Assembly (NCBI GenBank): GCA_007132185.1
Contig: SLPC01000048.1
Span: 1-60,447 of the forward strand
Reading direction: 5' to 3'
Length of the DNA stretch: 60,447 nt
DNA from: Anaerolineae bacterium
Lineage (GTDB): Bacteria; Chloroflexota; Anaerolineae; UBA1429
Part shown: in pieces, positions 1 through 9,926 of the stretch
Numbering within the stretch: the stretch's first letter is position 1
How the letters are laid out: the number at the start of each line of letters is the position of its first letter
The notes under the pieces: generated by a model
Seen by the model: only the letters and a program-made list of their open reading frames with translations
Databases searched by the model: none
Told to the model about the DNA's origin: nothing
Translations under genes and position numbers: made by a program

Positions 1-1
1 C

Positions 2-157
2 AGGCTGGACGCCGCCGGCTCGGAGGACTATGTGCGTCAGCAGGCCGCGACGCACCAACAGGCGATGCTTGCAACCCTGAACGCCCTGACCCTCGATAGC
101 CCGGCCGCCCGTGAGCTGGAGCATCTGGCGATGGGCATCATTGAGCGTGAGCGATAG
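2..157 (+). CDS. 3' end of a CDS truncated by the window edge; tail is reminiscent of polyprenyl diphosphate synthases (tentative)
   Basis: Frame 2 is open from the window edge to TAG 155-157 (...ATHQQAMLATLNALTLDSPAARELEHLAMGIIERER*). The product guess rests only on the C-terminal pattern. Confidence 0.3.
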   Translation, partial: RLDAAGSEDYVRQQAATHQQAMLATLNALTLDSPAARELEHLAMGIIERER

Positions 158-165
158 GAGCCGGG

Positions 166-2754
166 ATGTCAGCGCGCGCCGAGCCCAGCAACCGCTACGG
201 GGCCAAGAGGCGCATCATGCACCACCTGCTGTATCTCTGGGCGGCATCGGTGGCCGTGCGGATTGTCCTCATACTGAGCCTGATCTACTGGCTGGCGCCC
301 CTGGGGAGAGAATGGGCCGCCGGTCGGCACACCCTACCCTCGAGCGTCATCGTTGACCGGCACGGCGAGCATCTGTACGAGCTGATCGACCCCCACGGGG
401 GCGCGCAGCGCGCCGTACCCCTGGACGCGATCCCCCTGCATCTGCGCCAGGCCGTGATTGCCACGGAGGACGCCACCTTCTACACCAACCCCGGGTTCAG
501 CCTGCCGGCCATGGTGCGAGCGCTGTGGCAAAACCTACGCCATGGCGAGATCGTCTCTGGCGCCAGCACCATCACCCAGCAAGTGGCGCGCCAGAGCATG
601 TCCCCCACCCAACGCTATGAGCAGAGCGTGCGCCGCAAGGTGCGCGAGGTGTGGCTAGCCTACCGGTTGACCCGCACCCACTCCAAGGACGAGATCCTGG
701 CCCTGTACCTGAACAGCTCGCACTTTGGCAACCAGGCCTATGGCATCGACGCCGCTGCCCGGGGCTATTTTGCCAAGCCGGCCCGCGAGCTCAACCTGGC
801 CGAATCGGCCCTGCTGGCCGGGCTGCTCCAGGCTCCGATCGCCCACAATCCCCTTGTCAACCCCGAGGCCGCCCAGGCGCGCCAGGCCATCGTGCTCGAT
901 CTGATGGTGCGCGGCGGGTATATCTCCGAAGACAGGGCCGAGCTGGCGCTGCGAGAGCCGCTCCACTATGGCGGCGAGCCGTTTCGTATTCGGGCGCCCC
1001 ATTTCTCCCTGCTCGTCCGCGAGCAACTGGCCGAGATCCTGGACGAGGAAACCCTGGCGCAGGGCGGCTTGACGATCACGACCACGTTGGACTGGGGGCT
1101 GCAGCGGGAGGCCGAGGTTCAGGTGCGGCGCCATCTGGCCAAGCTGAATCAGGCCACAGCCGAGGCGCCGGGGCACCGGGTAAGGAATGCGGCCGTGGTG
1201 GCGCTGGCGCCCGATGGCGCGGTGCGGATCATGGTCGGGAGCCCCGACTATTTCGACACCAGCATCAACGGCGCCGTCAACGCGACCCTGACGCTGCGCC
1301 AGCCCGGCAGCGCCCTCAAGCCGTTCACATACGCCGCCGCCTTTGAGCGCGGGATGTCGCCCGCCACAGTGGTCTCGGATGTGCGCACCACGTTCCTCAC
1401 CGCCGAGGACGAGCCGTATGTGCCCATCAACTATGATCGCATCTTTCGCGGGCCGGTGCCCCTGCGCGAGGCCCTGGGCTCATCCTACAACGTGGTCGCC
1501 GTACGCGTCCTGGACCGGATCGGGATCCAAGCCCTGCCCGACATGGCACAGCGCGTGGGCATCACCAGCCTCTCGCATCCCGAGCGCCAGGGTCTGGCGC
1601 TGACCCTGGGCGGCGCCGAGGTTAGCCTGCTGCAGCTCACCGGCGCCTATGCCACCCTGGCGACGAGCGGAGAGCTCGTGCGTCCTTATCTGATCGAGGA
1701 GGTACGTAACGCAGACGGGAATCTGTTGTATGCGCATGCGCCTGCGGCGCCGCAGCGGGCCATGGATTCGCGCGTGGCCTATATGGTGACCGATATCCTC
1801 GCCGACCCCCACGCCCGCATCCCCAGCTTTGGGCGCAGCAGCGCCCTGAAGTTGCCCTTTTCGGCGGCCGTCAAGACCGGAACCACCAACAACTGGCGCG
1901 ACAACTGGACGGTGGGCTACACCAGCCAGTGGACGGTGGGCGTATGGGTGGGCAACGCCGACAATACCCCCATGGAGCGCGCAACGGGAGTCACCGGCGC
2001 CGCCCCCATCTGGAACGCCGTGATGCGTCTGGCGCACCCTGCAGCTTCGACCCCGTTGGGCCGCCCCGAGGGTTTGGTGGACGTCGAGGTCTGCGCGACC
2101 TCGGGCCATCTGCCCACCACAGCCTGCTCCCACCGCCGGCAGGAGTTGTTCCTGCCCGAGCATGCGCCCACCGAGCCCTGCGACATGCACCGCATCATCG
2201 TCGTGGATGCCCTCACCGGGGAGCCGGCTGCCGATGACACCCCGCCGGAGCGACGCGTACGGCGCACGGTCACCTATTGGCCCGCTGACGCGCTAGAGTG
2301 GGCGCTGGAACAGGGCCTGCCCCTGCCCCCCGAACTGGCGCGCGCTCCGGACATATCCGCCATGAGCCAGCCACCCCAGTTCGATGACGTCACGCCCTAC
2401 CTGACCTCGCCGGACCACCGGGGCGTGTACAGGCTATCCCGCGAACTGCCTCCAGAGCACCAGCAGCTTCGCATCGCAGCGGTGTGCCCGGCCTGCGCCC
2501 TCGGCGACGAGCTCCAGGTGTGGGCCAATGGCATGCTCCTGCACACATGGACGTCGCCCCCCTATCAGCTGCTGTGGCCGCTGGTCGAGGGGGAACATGC
2601 CTTTGCTGTCATTTATCATCCATTGGACGAGAACCCTGTCGAGAGCGAACACGTAGAGATCACGGTGATCCAGGGGATCACGAGGATCCAAGAGGTCCCT
2701 GTAATCCAAGAAGATCACCAGGATCCAACACCGTTGAGAGGTGAGGCGCCATGA
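166..2754 (+). CDS. pbpC: Class A bifunctional penicillin-binding protein, PBP1C-like (GT51 transglycosylase + transpeptidase + C-terminal beta-sandwich-like tail)
   Basis: RBS AGGAG at 156-160 and an N-terminal TM helix. GT51 motifs: IATEDATFYTNPGF, GASTITQQ, RKVRE. Transpeptidase motifs: SALKPFTY (SxxK), SSYN (SxN), KTGTT. The tail (...LQVWANGMLLHTWTSPPYQLLWPLVEGEHAF) resembles the PBP1C C-terminal domain. The stop overlaps the next start (ATGA 2751-2754). Confidence 0.85.
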   Translation: MSARAEPSNRYGAKRRIMHHLLYLWAASVAVRIVLILSLIYWLAPLGREWAAGRHTLPSSVIVDRHGEHLYELIDPHGGAQRAVPLDAIPLHLRQAVIATEDATFYTNPGFSLPAMVRALWQNLRHGEIVSGASTITQQVARQSMSPTQRYEQSVRRKVREVWLAYRLTRTHSKDEILALYLNSSHFGNQAYGIDAAARGYFAKPARELNLAESALLAGLLQAPIAHNPLVNPEAAQARQAIVLDLMVRGGYISEDRAELALREPLHYGGEPFRIRAPHFSLLVREQLAEILDEETLAQGGLTITTTLDWGLQREAEVQVRRHLAKLNQATAEAPGHRVRNAAVVALAPDGAVRIMVGSPDYFDTSINGAVNATLTLRQPGSALKPFTYAAAFERGMSPATVVSDVRTTFLTAEDEPYVPINYDRIFRGPVPLREALGSSYNVVAVRVLDRIGIQALPDMAQRVGITSLSHPERQGLALTLGGAEVSLLQLTGAYATLATSGELVRPYLIEEVRNADGNLLYAHAPAAPQRAMDSRVAYMVTDILADPHARIPSFGRSSALKLPFSAAVKTGTTNNWRDNWTVGYTSQWTVGVWVGNADNTPMERATGVTGAAPIWNAVMRLAHPAASTPLGRPEGLVDVEVCATSGHLPTTACSHRRQELFLPEHAPTEPCDMHRIIVVDALTGEPAADDTPPERRVRRTVTYWPADALEWALEQGLPLPPELARAPDISAMSQPPQFDDVTPYLTSPDHRGVYRLSRELPPEHQQLRIAAVCPACALGDELQVWANGMLLHTWTSPPYQLLWPLVEGEHAFAVIYHPLDENPVESEHVEITVIQGITRIQEVPVIQEDHQDPTPLRGEAP

Positions 2755-5700
2755 AACGTACCCTTGTACTCGCATTGTGCCTACTGGTCTTGCTCGGCGC
2801 TCTTGTCGGTTGCGGCGCGGGTGAGGGCCTGCCGACCCCGGTACCCGCGTTGGAGGCAGAGGCGCCAGCATTTGTGGTTCTGCCCGAAGCGACGGTCATG
2901 CCGATGCCAACCGACGTGCCGCCACGCCTGCTGCATCAGATCCCGGCGCGGGGAGAGGAGCTGGCCCTCGACGGCATTCTCGAGCTGATCTTTGATCAGC
3001 CGATGGATCGCGCCAGCGTGGAAAGAGCGTTGCGCATCTCGCCCGACGTTGCGGGACGTGTCGAATGGCCCGCCGACGATACGCTACGCTTTGTGCCCGA
3101 GCCGGGCGCATGGGAGCGTGACGGCGTGTACAGCGTCCTTGTGGACACCACGGCCAGAGCTGCGACCGAGCTGGAGCTCGCCCGTGAGGTCAGCTTTCGC
3201 TTTCGGACCGTGGGCTATCTCGAGGTGGCCGATCTGTTCCCGCGCCCCGATAGCGAGCACACCAGCCCCGAGTCCCAGATCACCGTCATCTTTAACCGCC
3301 CCGTGGTGCCCCTCACCGCCATCGAGGAGCAACGTGGGCTGCCGCAGCCTCTGAGCCTTTCGCCCAACGTTGCCGGAAAGGGTGCCTGGATCAACACCTC
3401 GATCTACCAGTTCACGCCCTCCGAACGGCTGCTGGCGGGCACCACCTATACCGCCACCGTAGACGCCGGGCTGGAGGCCGCAGGAGCCGTCCTGGCCGAG
3501 AGCTACCAGTGGTCCTTCACGACCGAGGTGCCGGCCGTGCTCGCTGTAGAGCCCCTGCCTGACGCACACCTCGTAGACCCCGCCACGGCCATCACGCTGA
3601 CCTTTGGCCAGGAGATGGACCGTATCTCGGTGCGGGAGCGTTTTGCCCTGCTGTCCCCCATGGGGGAGGATGTCGCGGGCCGCGTAACATGGGATGACAC
3701 CACGCTACGCTTTATCCCGAGCGAGCCTCTGACCCGCGGCACCGAGTACACCATCCTCCTAGAGTCTGGCGCGCAGGCCGCCCAGGGCGATGCGGAAATC
3801 CCGCAAGAAGAGGTCTGGCACTTTACGGTGGCGCCCCTGCCGGCGGTGGTCCTTACGCGTCCCGCACAGGACGCCACCGGGGTGAGCACGTGGGAATCGA
3901 TGCAGGTCAGCTTTTCTGCCCCCATGGACCGGGCCAGCGTGGAGGAGACCCTGACCATCACGCCGACGGCGCAGACGTACCTGTTCTGGCAGAACGACGA
4001 TACCGAGCTATGGCTCTCTGGCGCCCTGGGCCCATCTACCCAATACACCGTCACCGTTCCTGCCGAGGCACTGGATCGCTTTGGCGAACCGTTGACCGAG
4101 GCCCTTGTCTGGCGGTTCGAGACGAGACCCCTGGAACCATCGCTGACCCTCGTGACCCAGGGGCCGGTGGGTGTGTACAACGTCCACACCGACAGCGGCC
4201 TAACGGTGCGCCATGTGAACATCGCGCAGGCAGATTTCGAGCTATACTCCCTGTCCCCTGCTGAACTGGTGACCCTGATCCGCGACGGCGGTTGGCCTGA
4301 ATGGGACCGGTACCGACCGCGCTCGCAAGACCAGATCGCGACCTGGTCCGAGCGCCTTGAGGCCGAACTGAACCAGAGCCGCAGCGTGGTCACGCGCCTG
4401 GCACCCGCACTTTGGGAGCCGCTGCCCTCGGGGATCTATGTCTTGCGGGCCACAGCCCCCGAGGTGCGCCGCGCCGAGCACCACATCCTGGTCATGACAA
4501 CGATGAACGTGACTCTCAAGACCGCCCCTGAGCAGGCGTTGGTCTGGGTCACGGATCTGCGCGATGGACAACCCATGGCGGGCGTGGACGTGCTCCTGTA
4601 TGGCGCCATGGGCCGTGAGGTAGACCGCGGACGCACGGACGCGGACGGGCTGCTGGAGCTATCGCCGCCCGAGCAGTGGCGCTGGGAGAGCCTTATCGCC
4701 ATTGCCTATGACGGCGACGACATTGGCGTGGCGGCAAACCAGTGGAGCGAGGGCATCCAGCCCTGGTCTTACAATCTGCCCGTAGCCTGGGAGACACACG
4801 ACTATAGCGGCTACTTTTACACCGAGCGACGCATCTATCGGCCGGGGCAGACCGTCTATTTCAAGGGCTGGCTGCGCGCCGATGACGACATGGCTTTCAG
4901 CATGCCCTCGATGGACGAGCCTGTGCGCGTGACGCTGATGGACAGCCATGGCCGTGAGGTATGGCAGGACGAGCTCGCTCTCAGCGAGATGGGCGCCCTC
5001 GATGGCCAGATCATCCTGGGGGATGATGCGCCCCTGGGGTACTATGTGCTGGTGTTCCGCTATGCCGGCGAGTACTGGGAGGCATCGTTCCAGGTTGCCG
5101 AGTACCGTCGGCCCGAGTTTCAGGTCACGGTCACGGCAGAGCAAGAGGTCATTTCTAGCGTGCCGCTGGAGGTCGCCGTTGCCGCCGAGTTCTATTTCGG
5201 CGGCCCCGTGTCGGATGCCGACGTGCTCGTGCGCGTGTTCGGCGAGCCCTACTTCTACGATCGGTACCAGGGCACAGAGTACTATAGCTTTGGCGACTAT
5301 GACCATGAGGACCGCGAGGCGCGCACCCTCGATATGGGCCTGCTGACCGAAGAGCGTGGACGCACCGACGAGCAGGGGCGCCTGAACATCATCGTCCCCA
5401 CCGAGCTGCAGGGCTTTCAGAGCCGTCGCTTTTTGGTCGAGACGTCGGTGGTGGATGTTGACAATCAGGAGGTCACTGGCCGTACGGCCCTGATCGTGCA
5501 CAAGGGCGATCTCTATGTGGGCCTGACCGCCGAGAGCTATGTGGGCGCCGCCAACCAGCCCATGAGCATCGGCCTGCTTACCCTGGACGCGCAGGGCGAG
5601 CAGGCCATCCGCCAGCGCGTGGATCTCGTGGTGGCGCGCCAGGAGTGGTACAGCGTGCAGCAGCGCGGCACCGACGGCAACTACTACTGGGAGAATCAGG

Positions 5701-8633
5701 TACGCAGCAGCCCGGTCCACACCGAGACGGTGATCACCGATCTGCGCGGCTTGGGCGAGCTGAGCTTTGTCCCGCCCGAAGGCGGCACCTACAAGGTACT
5801 CGCGACGGCCGAGGACGAGGCCGGCAACGTCGTGCGCAGCAGCCTGTATGTGTGGGTCAGCGCCACGGGCTATGTCAACTGGGGCCAGGAGAACAACAGC
5901 CGCATCGAGCTGGTGGCCGACCAAAAGAGCTATGCCCCCGGCGATGCGGCACTGATCCTGATTCCCTCGCCCTTTGAGGGCCCCGTAACGGCCTTGCTGA
6001 CCATCGAGCGTGGAAGCATCCTGTCCCATCACCTGATCGAGTTGCAGAGCAGCAGCGATCTGCTTCGCCTCCCCATCCGGCCCGAGTACGCGCCCAACAT
6101 CTTTGTATCCGTGGTTCTGGTGCGGGGCATGGGCGAGGATATGCGTGACCCTGGCTTTCGCGTAGGTTATGTCATGTTACCGGTATCGCCCGAACAGCAC
6201 GAGTTACAAGTCACGCTCACACCCGACCGCAACAGCCCGTACCAGCCCCGGGAGGAGGCCTCCTTTACCGTGGAGGTCAGCGACTATCGGGGGCGCCCGG
6301 TGCAGGCCGAGGTGGCCCTGCAGATGGTGGACCTGGCCATCGAGAGCCTCGTGGGCGGCCCGCCGCCCAACATCATGGCCGCCTTTTACGGCGAGCGCGG
6401 GCTGGCCGTAAATACGGCGCTCTCGCTGGTGCGCAGGCGACCGCCTGACATGGCGAGTGTGGACGAGGATGGCAAAGGGGGCGGCGGCGGCGAAGAGGGC
6501 CAAGGCCTACGCACCGAGTTCCCCGAGACGGCGCTGTGGGAGCCCATCGCACGCACCGGCCCCGACGGCACGGTCACGGTCAGTGTCACCCTGCCCGACA
6601 ATCTGACGACCTGGCGGCTGACCGCCCAGGCGGTCACGCCCGAGACCCAGGTGGGCCGCGGCCAGGCCGACATCGTGAGTAATCTCGACATCATGGTCCG
6701 GCCCATGGCGCCCCGCTTTTTCGTCATCGGCGATGAGGCGCTGCTGGGGGCCGTGGTCCACAACAACACCGGGGATACTCTCGAAATCGAGGTCCAGCTT
6801 GACGCGGAAGGTCTGATGATCTCGCGAGAACAGCAGAGCATCCAGGTCCCAGCAGGCGCTCGCCAGGCCGTGGAGTGGTCAGTGGTGGTGGCGCACGTAG
6901 ACGCCGTGGTGCTCACCTACTCGGCCCAGGGTGGCGGCCACCATGACGCCACGCGCATCACGATCCCCGTCTATTACGCCAGCACGCCCGAGGTGGTGGG
7001 CACGGCGGGGGTCGTCGAGGAGCGCGTCATCGAGGCGCTACGGCTGCCCGAGACCGTCCAGCCGAATCAGGGTGAGCTTACCGTACAGTTGGAGCCGTCG
7101 CTGGCCGCCGCCATGCGCGAGGGCGTCGACTATCTTGAGGCCTTTCCCTATGACTGCGTCGAGCAGACCGTCAGCCGCTTTTTGCCCAACGTGGTCACGT
7201 TCAACGCCCTGCGCGATCTGGGCATCGAGCAGCGGGACCTGGCCGCCCAGCTTCCCCAGCAGGTGGCCATTGGGCTACAACGACTCTACACGCTGCAAGG
7301 GTATGATGGCGGATGGGGCTGGTGGGCCCACGGCGATAGCTCCCCCCTGATCACGGCCTATGCCCTGTACGGCATGGCCCAGGCGCGGGATGCCGGCTTT
7401 GTGGTGGAACCCCGCAGCATGGACCACGCCGCCGAGTACCTGTACAACTGGCTGGACCGGACCGAACCCGTGATCCAGGACCACTATGACACCCGGGCGG
7501 CGGTGCTCTATGCGCTTGCCGAGGCGGGCAAAGGCGATCTGGGGCGCACCGTGGCCCTGTTCGAGGAACGCGGCCGGTTGTCACTCTTTGCCCAGGCCTA
7601 TCTGGCCATGACGCTGCACCTGCTCGAGCCCGAGGAGCCTGTGCGGGTGGGTGTCCTGCAGAACGAGCTGTTTGACGCCGCGCTCCTGAGCTCTACGGGG
7701 ATGCACTGGCAAGAAGAGCACCACAGCCCCTGGCAGATGAGCACCGATACGCGCACTACGGCCATGGTGCTGCGCGCCCTGCTCTGGCTCGAGCCGGAGC
7801 AGCGCCTCTTGCCCCAGGCCGTGCGCTGGCTCACTATGGCACGCTCGACGGGCCGCTGGGAGACCACCCAGGAGAACGTATGGGCTATCCTGGCGCTGAC
7901 CGACTATATGGTGGCCACCGGCGAGCTGGAAGCCGACTATGCCTACAGCCTCATGGTCGACGGCGCCGAGACCGCCCGTGGGCAGGTGACCGCCGAGACT
8001 GTAGATCAGCCCGTGCGCGCCATTGTGCCGATGGACGATCTATCTCCTGGCGAGGACAGCTTTGTCCTGATGGAGCGCACGCCCGGTGATGCCCCGGGGC
8101 GGCTCTACTATAGCGCCTTTGTGCGCTACTATCTGCCCGTCGAGGAGATTCGAGCCCTGGACCGGGGGATCACTGTCTATCGCGAGTACACGCTGGCCGA
8201 CCGGCCCGGCAAGCCGGTGATATCGGCACAGGTCAATGACATCCTCGACGTCAAGCTGACGCTGATCATGCCGCGTGACGTCTACTATCTTGTGGTGGAG
8301 GATGCATTTCCGGCCGGGTGCGAGGCCCTGGATCCCCGGCTCGCCATCACGCGTCGCGTCGAGGAGATGGACCCCGGCTTGCGCGCCGTGATCGATGAGG
8401 ATTGGGGCAATGCCGGGTGGCGGTACTCGTACTGGCCCACACATACCGAGATGCGCGATGAGAAACTGGTGCTCTTTGCCACCGAGCTGGGCCATGGCAC
8501 CTACGAGTTCCGCTACCAGCTTCGCTGCACCACGCCTGGCGTGTTCCGCGTGATCCCGGCCCTGGCCTACCAGATGTACGAGCCCGACGTGTTTGGCCGC
8601 AGCCCGGGTCTGGTCCTGCAGATACAGCGTTAG
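2751..8633 (+). CDS. Bacterial alpha-2-macroglobulin family lipoprotein (thioester-containing) with four N-terminal Ig-like repeats
   Basis: 1960-aa ORF with lipobox LLGALVG|C. The thioester motif FPYDCVEQ has CVEQ at 7155-7166. Four repeats of about 90 aa share the pattern ...F..PMDR.SVE..L.I.P...G...W..D.TL.F.P...L..GT.YT. The remainder has MG-domain-like composition. Confidence 0.85.
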   Translation: MKRTLVLALCLLVLLGALVGCGAGEGLPTPVPALEAEAPAFVVLPEATVMPMPTDVPPRLLHQIPARGEELALDGILELIFDQPMDRASVERALRISPDVAGRVEWPADDTLRFVPEPGAWERDGVYSVLVDTTARAATELELAREVSFRFRTVGYLEVADLFPRPDSEHTSPESQITVIFNRPVVPLTAIEEQRGLPQPLSLSPNVAGKGAWINTSIYQFTPSERLLAGTTYTATVDAGLEAAGAVLAESYQWSFTTEVPAVLAVEPLPDAHLVDPATAITLTFGQEMDRISVRERFALLSPMGEDVAGRVTWDDTTLRFIPSEPLTRGTEYTILLESGAQAAQGDAEIPQEEVWHFTVAPLPAVVLTRPAQDATGVSTWESMQVSFSAPMDRASVEETLTITPTAQTYLFWQNDDTELWLSGALGPSTQYTVTVPAEALDRFGEPLTEALVWRFETRPLEPSLTLVTQGPVGVYNVHTDSGLTVRHVNIAQADFELYSLSPAELVTLIRDGGWPEWDRYRPRSQDQIATWSERLEAELNQSRSVVTRLAPALWEPLPSGIYVLRATAPEVRRAEHHILVMTTMNVTLKTAPEQALVWVTDLRDGQPMAGVDVLLYGAMGREVDRGRTDADGLLELSPPEQWRWESLIAIAYDGDDIGVAANQWSEGIQPWSYNLPVAWETHDYSGYFYTERRIYRPGQTVYFKGWLRADDDMAFSMPSMDEPVRVTLMDSHGREVWQDELALSEMGALDGQIILGDDAPLGYYVLVFRYAGEYWEASFQVAEYRRPEFQVTVTAEQEVISSVPLEVAVAAEFYFGGPVSDADVLVRVFGEPYFYDRYQGTEYYSFGDYDHEDREARTLDMGLLTEERGRTDEQGRLNIIVPTELQGFQSRRFLVETSVVDVDNQEVTGRTALIVHKGDLYVGLTAESYVGAANQPMSIGLLTLDAQGEQAIRQRVDLVVARQEWYSVQQRGTDGNYYWENQVRSSPVHTETVITDLRGLGELSFVPPEGGTYKVLATAEDEAGNVVRSSLYVWVSATGYVNWGQENNSRIELVADQKSYAPGDAALILIPSPFEGPVTALLTIERGSILSHHLIELQSSSDLLRLPIRPEYAPNIFVSVVLVRGMGEDMRDPGFRVGYVMLPVSPEQHELQVTLTPDRNSPYQPREEASFTVEVSDYRGRPVQAEVALQMVDLAIESLVGGPPPNIMAAFYGERGLAVNTALSLVRRRPPDMASVDEDGKGGGGGEEGQGLRTEFPETALWEPIARTGPDGTVTVSVTLPDNLTTWRLTAQAVTPETQVGRGQADIVSNLDIMVRPMAPRFFVIGDEALLGAVVHNNTGDTLEIEVQLDAEGLMISREQQSIQVPAGARQAVEWSVVVAHVDAVVLTYSAQGGGHHDATRITIPVYYASTPEVVGTAGVVEERVIEALRLPETVQPNQGELTVQLEPSLAAAMREGVDYLEAFPYDCVEQTVSRFLPNVVTFNALRDLGIEQRDLAAQLPQQVAIGLQRLYTLQGYDGGWGWWAHGDSSPLITAYALYGMAQARDAGFVVEPRSMDHAAEYLYNWLDRTEPVIQDHYDTRAAVLYALAEAGKGDLGRTVALFEERGRLSLFAQAYLAMTLHLLEPEEPVRVGVLQNELFDAALLSSTGMHWQEEHHSPWQMSTDTRTTAMVLRALLWLEPEQRLLPQAVRWLTMARSTGRWETTQENVWAILALTDYMVATGELEADYAYSLMVDGAETARGQVTAETVDQPVRAIVPMDDLSPGEDSFVLMERTPGDAPGRLYYSAFVRYYLPVEEIRALDRGITVYREYTLADRPGKPVISAQVNDILDVKLTLIMPRDVYYLVVEDAFPAGCEALDPRLAITRRVEEMDPGLRAVIDEDWGNAGWRYSYWPTHTEMRDEKLVLFATELGHGTYEFRYQLRCTTPGVFRVIPALAYQMYEPDVFGRSPGLVLQIQR

Positions 8634-8648
8634 CGTTGCCAGGGAGCT

Positions 8649-8676
8649 GTGGAGGGCGTGACATCACGCCCTCCAC
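8649..8676 (+). terminator. Perfect 12-bp hairpin just after the A2M stop (no U-tract)
   Basis: GTGGAGGGCGTG-ACAT-CACGCCCTCCAC, 16 nt downstream of TAG 8631-8633. Confidence 0.5.
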
Positions 8677-8814
8677 GGCTCGATGTGTGATGACGCAATG
8701 CCTGGAAAGGCTTTTTCCCATCAGAGCGCCCAAACTTGAGTTCTACGCCACTCGCTGGTACCATGTGGATGAAATTAATGCGTTATCAAGAACGCTTTGG
8801 TATGGGAGGATTCG

Positions 8815-9867
8815 ATGGGTGAGATGTCGGTATCGCTAGATCTGAGCCGCCTGCAAAAGGCCAAACCTGCGGAGAAACGGGAGGAGACACAGGTCAGAGA
8901 CCTGATCATCGTCGGCGCAGGCCCTGCCGGCCTCACGGCTGGTCTGTACGCAGGCCGAGCCCAGCTCCATCCGCTGATCCTCGTTGGGCAGTCCCTGGGC
9001 GGACAGGCAGCCACCACCAGTGAAATGGAGAACTACCCTGGTTTTCCCGAGGGCATTGGCGGTATGGCCCTGGCCCAGCAGATGGCCGATCAGGCCACAC
9101 GCTTTGGCGCTGAAATCCTCTATGAAGAAGTCACCGGGGTCGATCTATCCAGTGACCCCTTTGTGGTCGAGACCTATGGCCCTAGCTACAAGGCCAAGAG
9201 CCTCATCATCTGCACGGGTACCTCGCCCCGCAAACTTGGCGTACCCGGCGAGGCGCGGTTCATCGGCCATGGCGTTTCGTTCTGTGCCACATGCGACGGC
9301 TTTTTCTACAAGGACAAGAGCGTCATCGTAATTGGCGGTGGCGATAGCGCCGTGGACGAAGCGCTGTTCCTGACGCGCTTTGCCCAAGAGGTGACTATCA
9401 TACACCGCCGCGACAGGCTGCGGGCCGGGGCCATCTTGGAGCAGCGGGCCAGGGACAATCCCAAGATCAGCTTTGTCTGGAACACGGTGGTTGAAGAGAT
9501 CCTGGGTGAGAATGCGGTGCGGGGTGTGCTGGCGCGCAATGTCAAGACCGACGAGACGAGCACGCTGGAAGCGGACGGGGTATTCATCTATGTGGGCCTG
9601 ATTCCCAACACGTCGCTGTTCAAGGGACAGCTCGAGCTCAATGATGCCGGATACATCGTCACCGACAAGCGCCAGCGCACCAGCGTGCCGGGCGTCTATG
9701 CCGCCGGGGATGTACAGGATCCCTGGTTCCGCCAGACGGTCGTTGCCGCTGGCGCTGGAGCCGCCGCCGCCATTGAGGCCGCGCGCTACCTGAGCGAAAA
9801 GGCCTATGAAGAGGAGGAGGCCGCAGCGGAGCAGCCTGAGCAACCGGCGGCCGAGCCTCGCGGCTAG
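8815..9867 (+). CDS. trxB: Thioredoxin-disulfide reductase with acidic C-terminal tail
   Basis: GAGPAGLTAG FAD-binding fold, redox-active CATC (FCATCDG) and a second dinucleotide fold GGGDSAVDEA. ATG 8815 follows GGGAGGA at 8804-8810. The ORF-track start at 8797 is a TTG. Confidence 0.9.
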   Translation: MGEMSVSLDLSRLQKAKPAEKREETQVRDLIIVGAGPAGLTAGLYAGRAQLHPLILVGQSLGGQAATTSEMENYPGFPEGIGGMALAQQMADQATRFGAEILYEEVTGVDLSSDPFVVETYGPSYKAKSLIICTGTSPRKLGVPGEARFIGHGVSFCATCDGFFYKDKSVIVIGGGDSAVDEALFLTRFAQEVTIIHRRDRLRAGAILEQRARDNPKISFVWNTVVEEILGENAVRGVLARNVKTDETSTLEADGVFIYVGLIPNTSLFKGQLELNDAGYIVTDKRQRTSVPGVYAAGDVQDPWFRQTVVAAGAGAAAAIEAARYLSEKAYEEEEAAAEQPEQPAAEPRG

Positions 9868-9896
9868 GCAGCTCTCGCAGCATCGCGAGCAGTGTG

Positions 9897-9926
9897 GACC
9901 CCGTGGTCAAACATGCCCACGGGGTC
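9897..9926. terminator. 10-bp hairpin between convergent trxB and the zincin gene
   Basis: GACCCCGTGG-10 nt-CCACGGGGTC. It overlaps the stop of the minus-strand gene. Confidence 0.45.

Noticed and set aside
4659-6032. Long antisense ORFs opposite confirmed genes. Examples: 4659-6032(-), 13814-14824(-), 18551-19477(-), 19426-20517(-), 34090-35220(-), 35217-36479(-), 37404-38642(-), 42966-43829(-), 43926-44897(-), 45937-47094(+), 47769-49370(-), 53867-55336(+), 55883-57439(+).
   Set aside because: These are typical high-GC shadow ORFs. They are Arg/Ala/Gly/His-rich with no motifs, and in each case the opposite strand carries a protein with clear family signatures.
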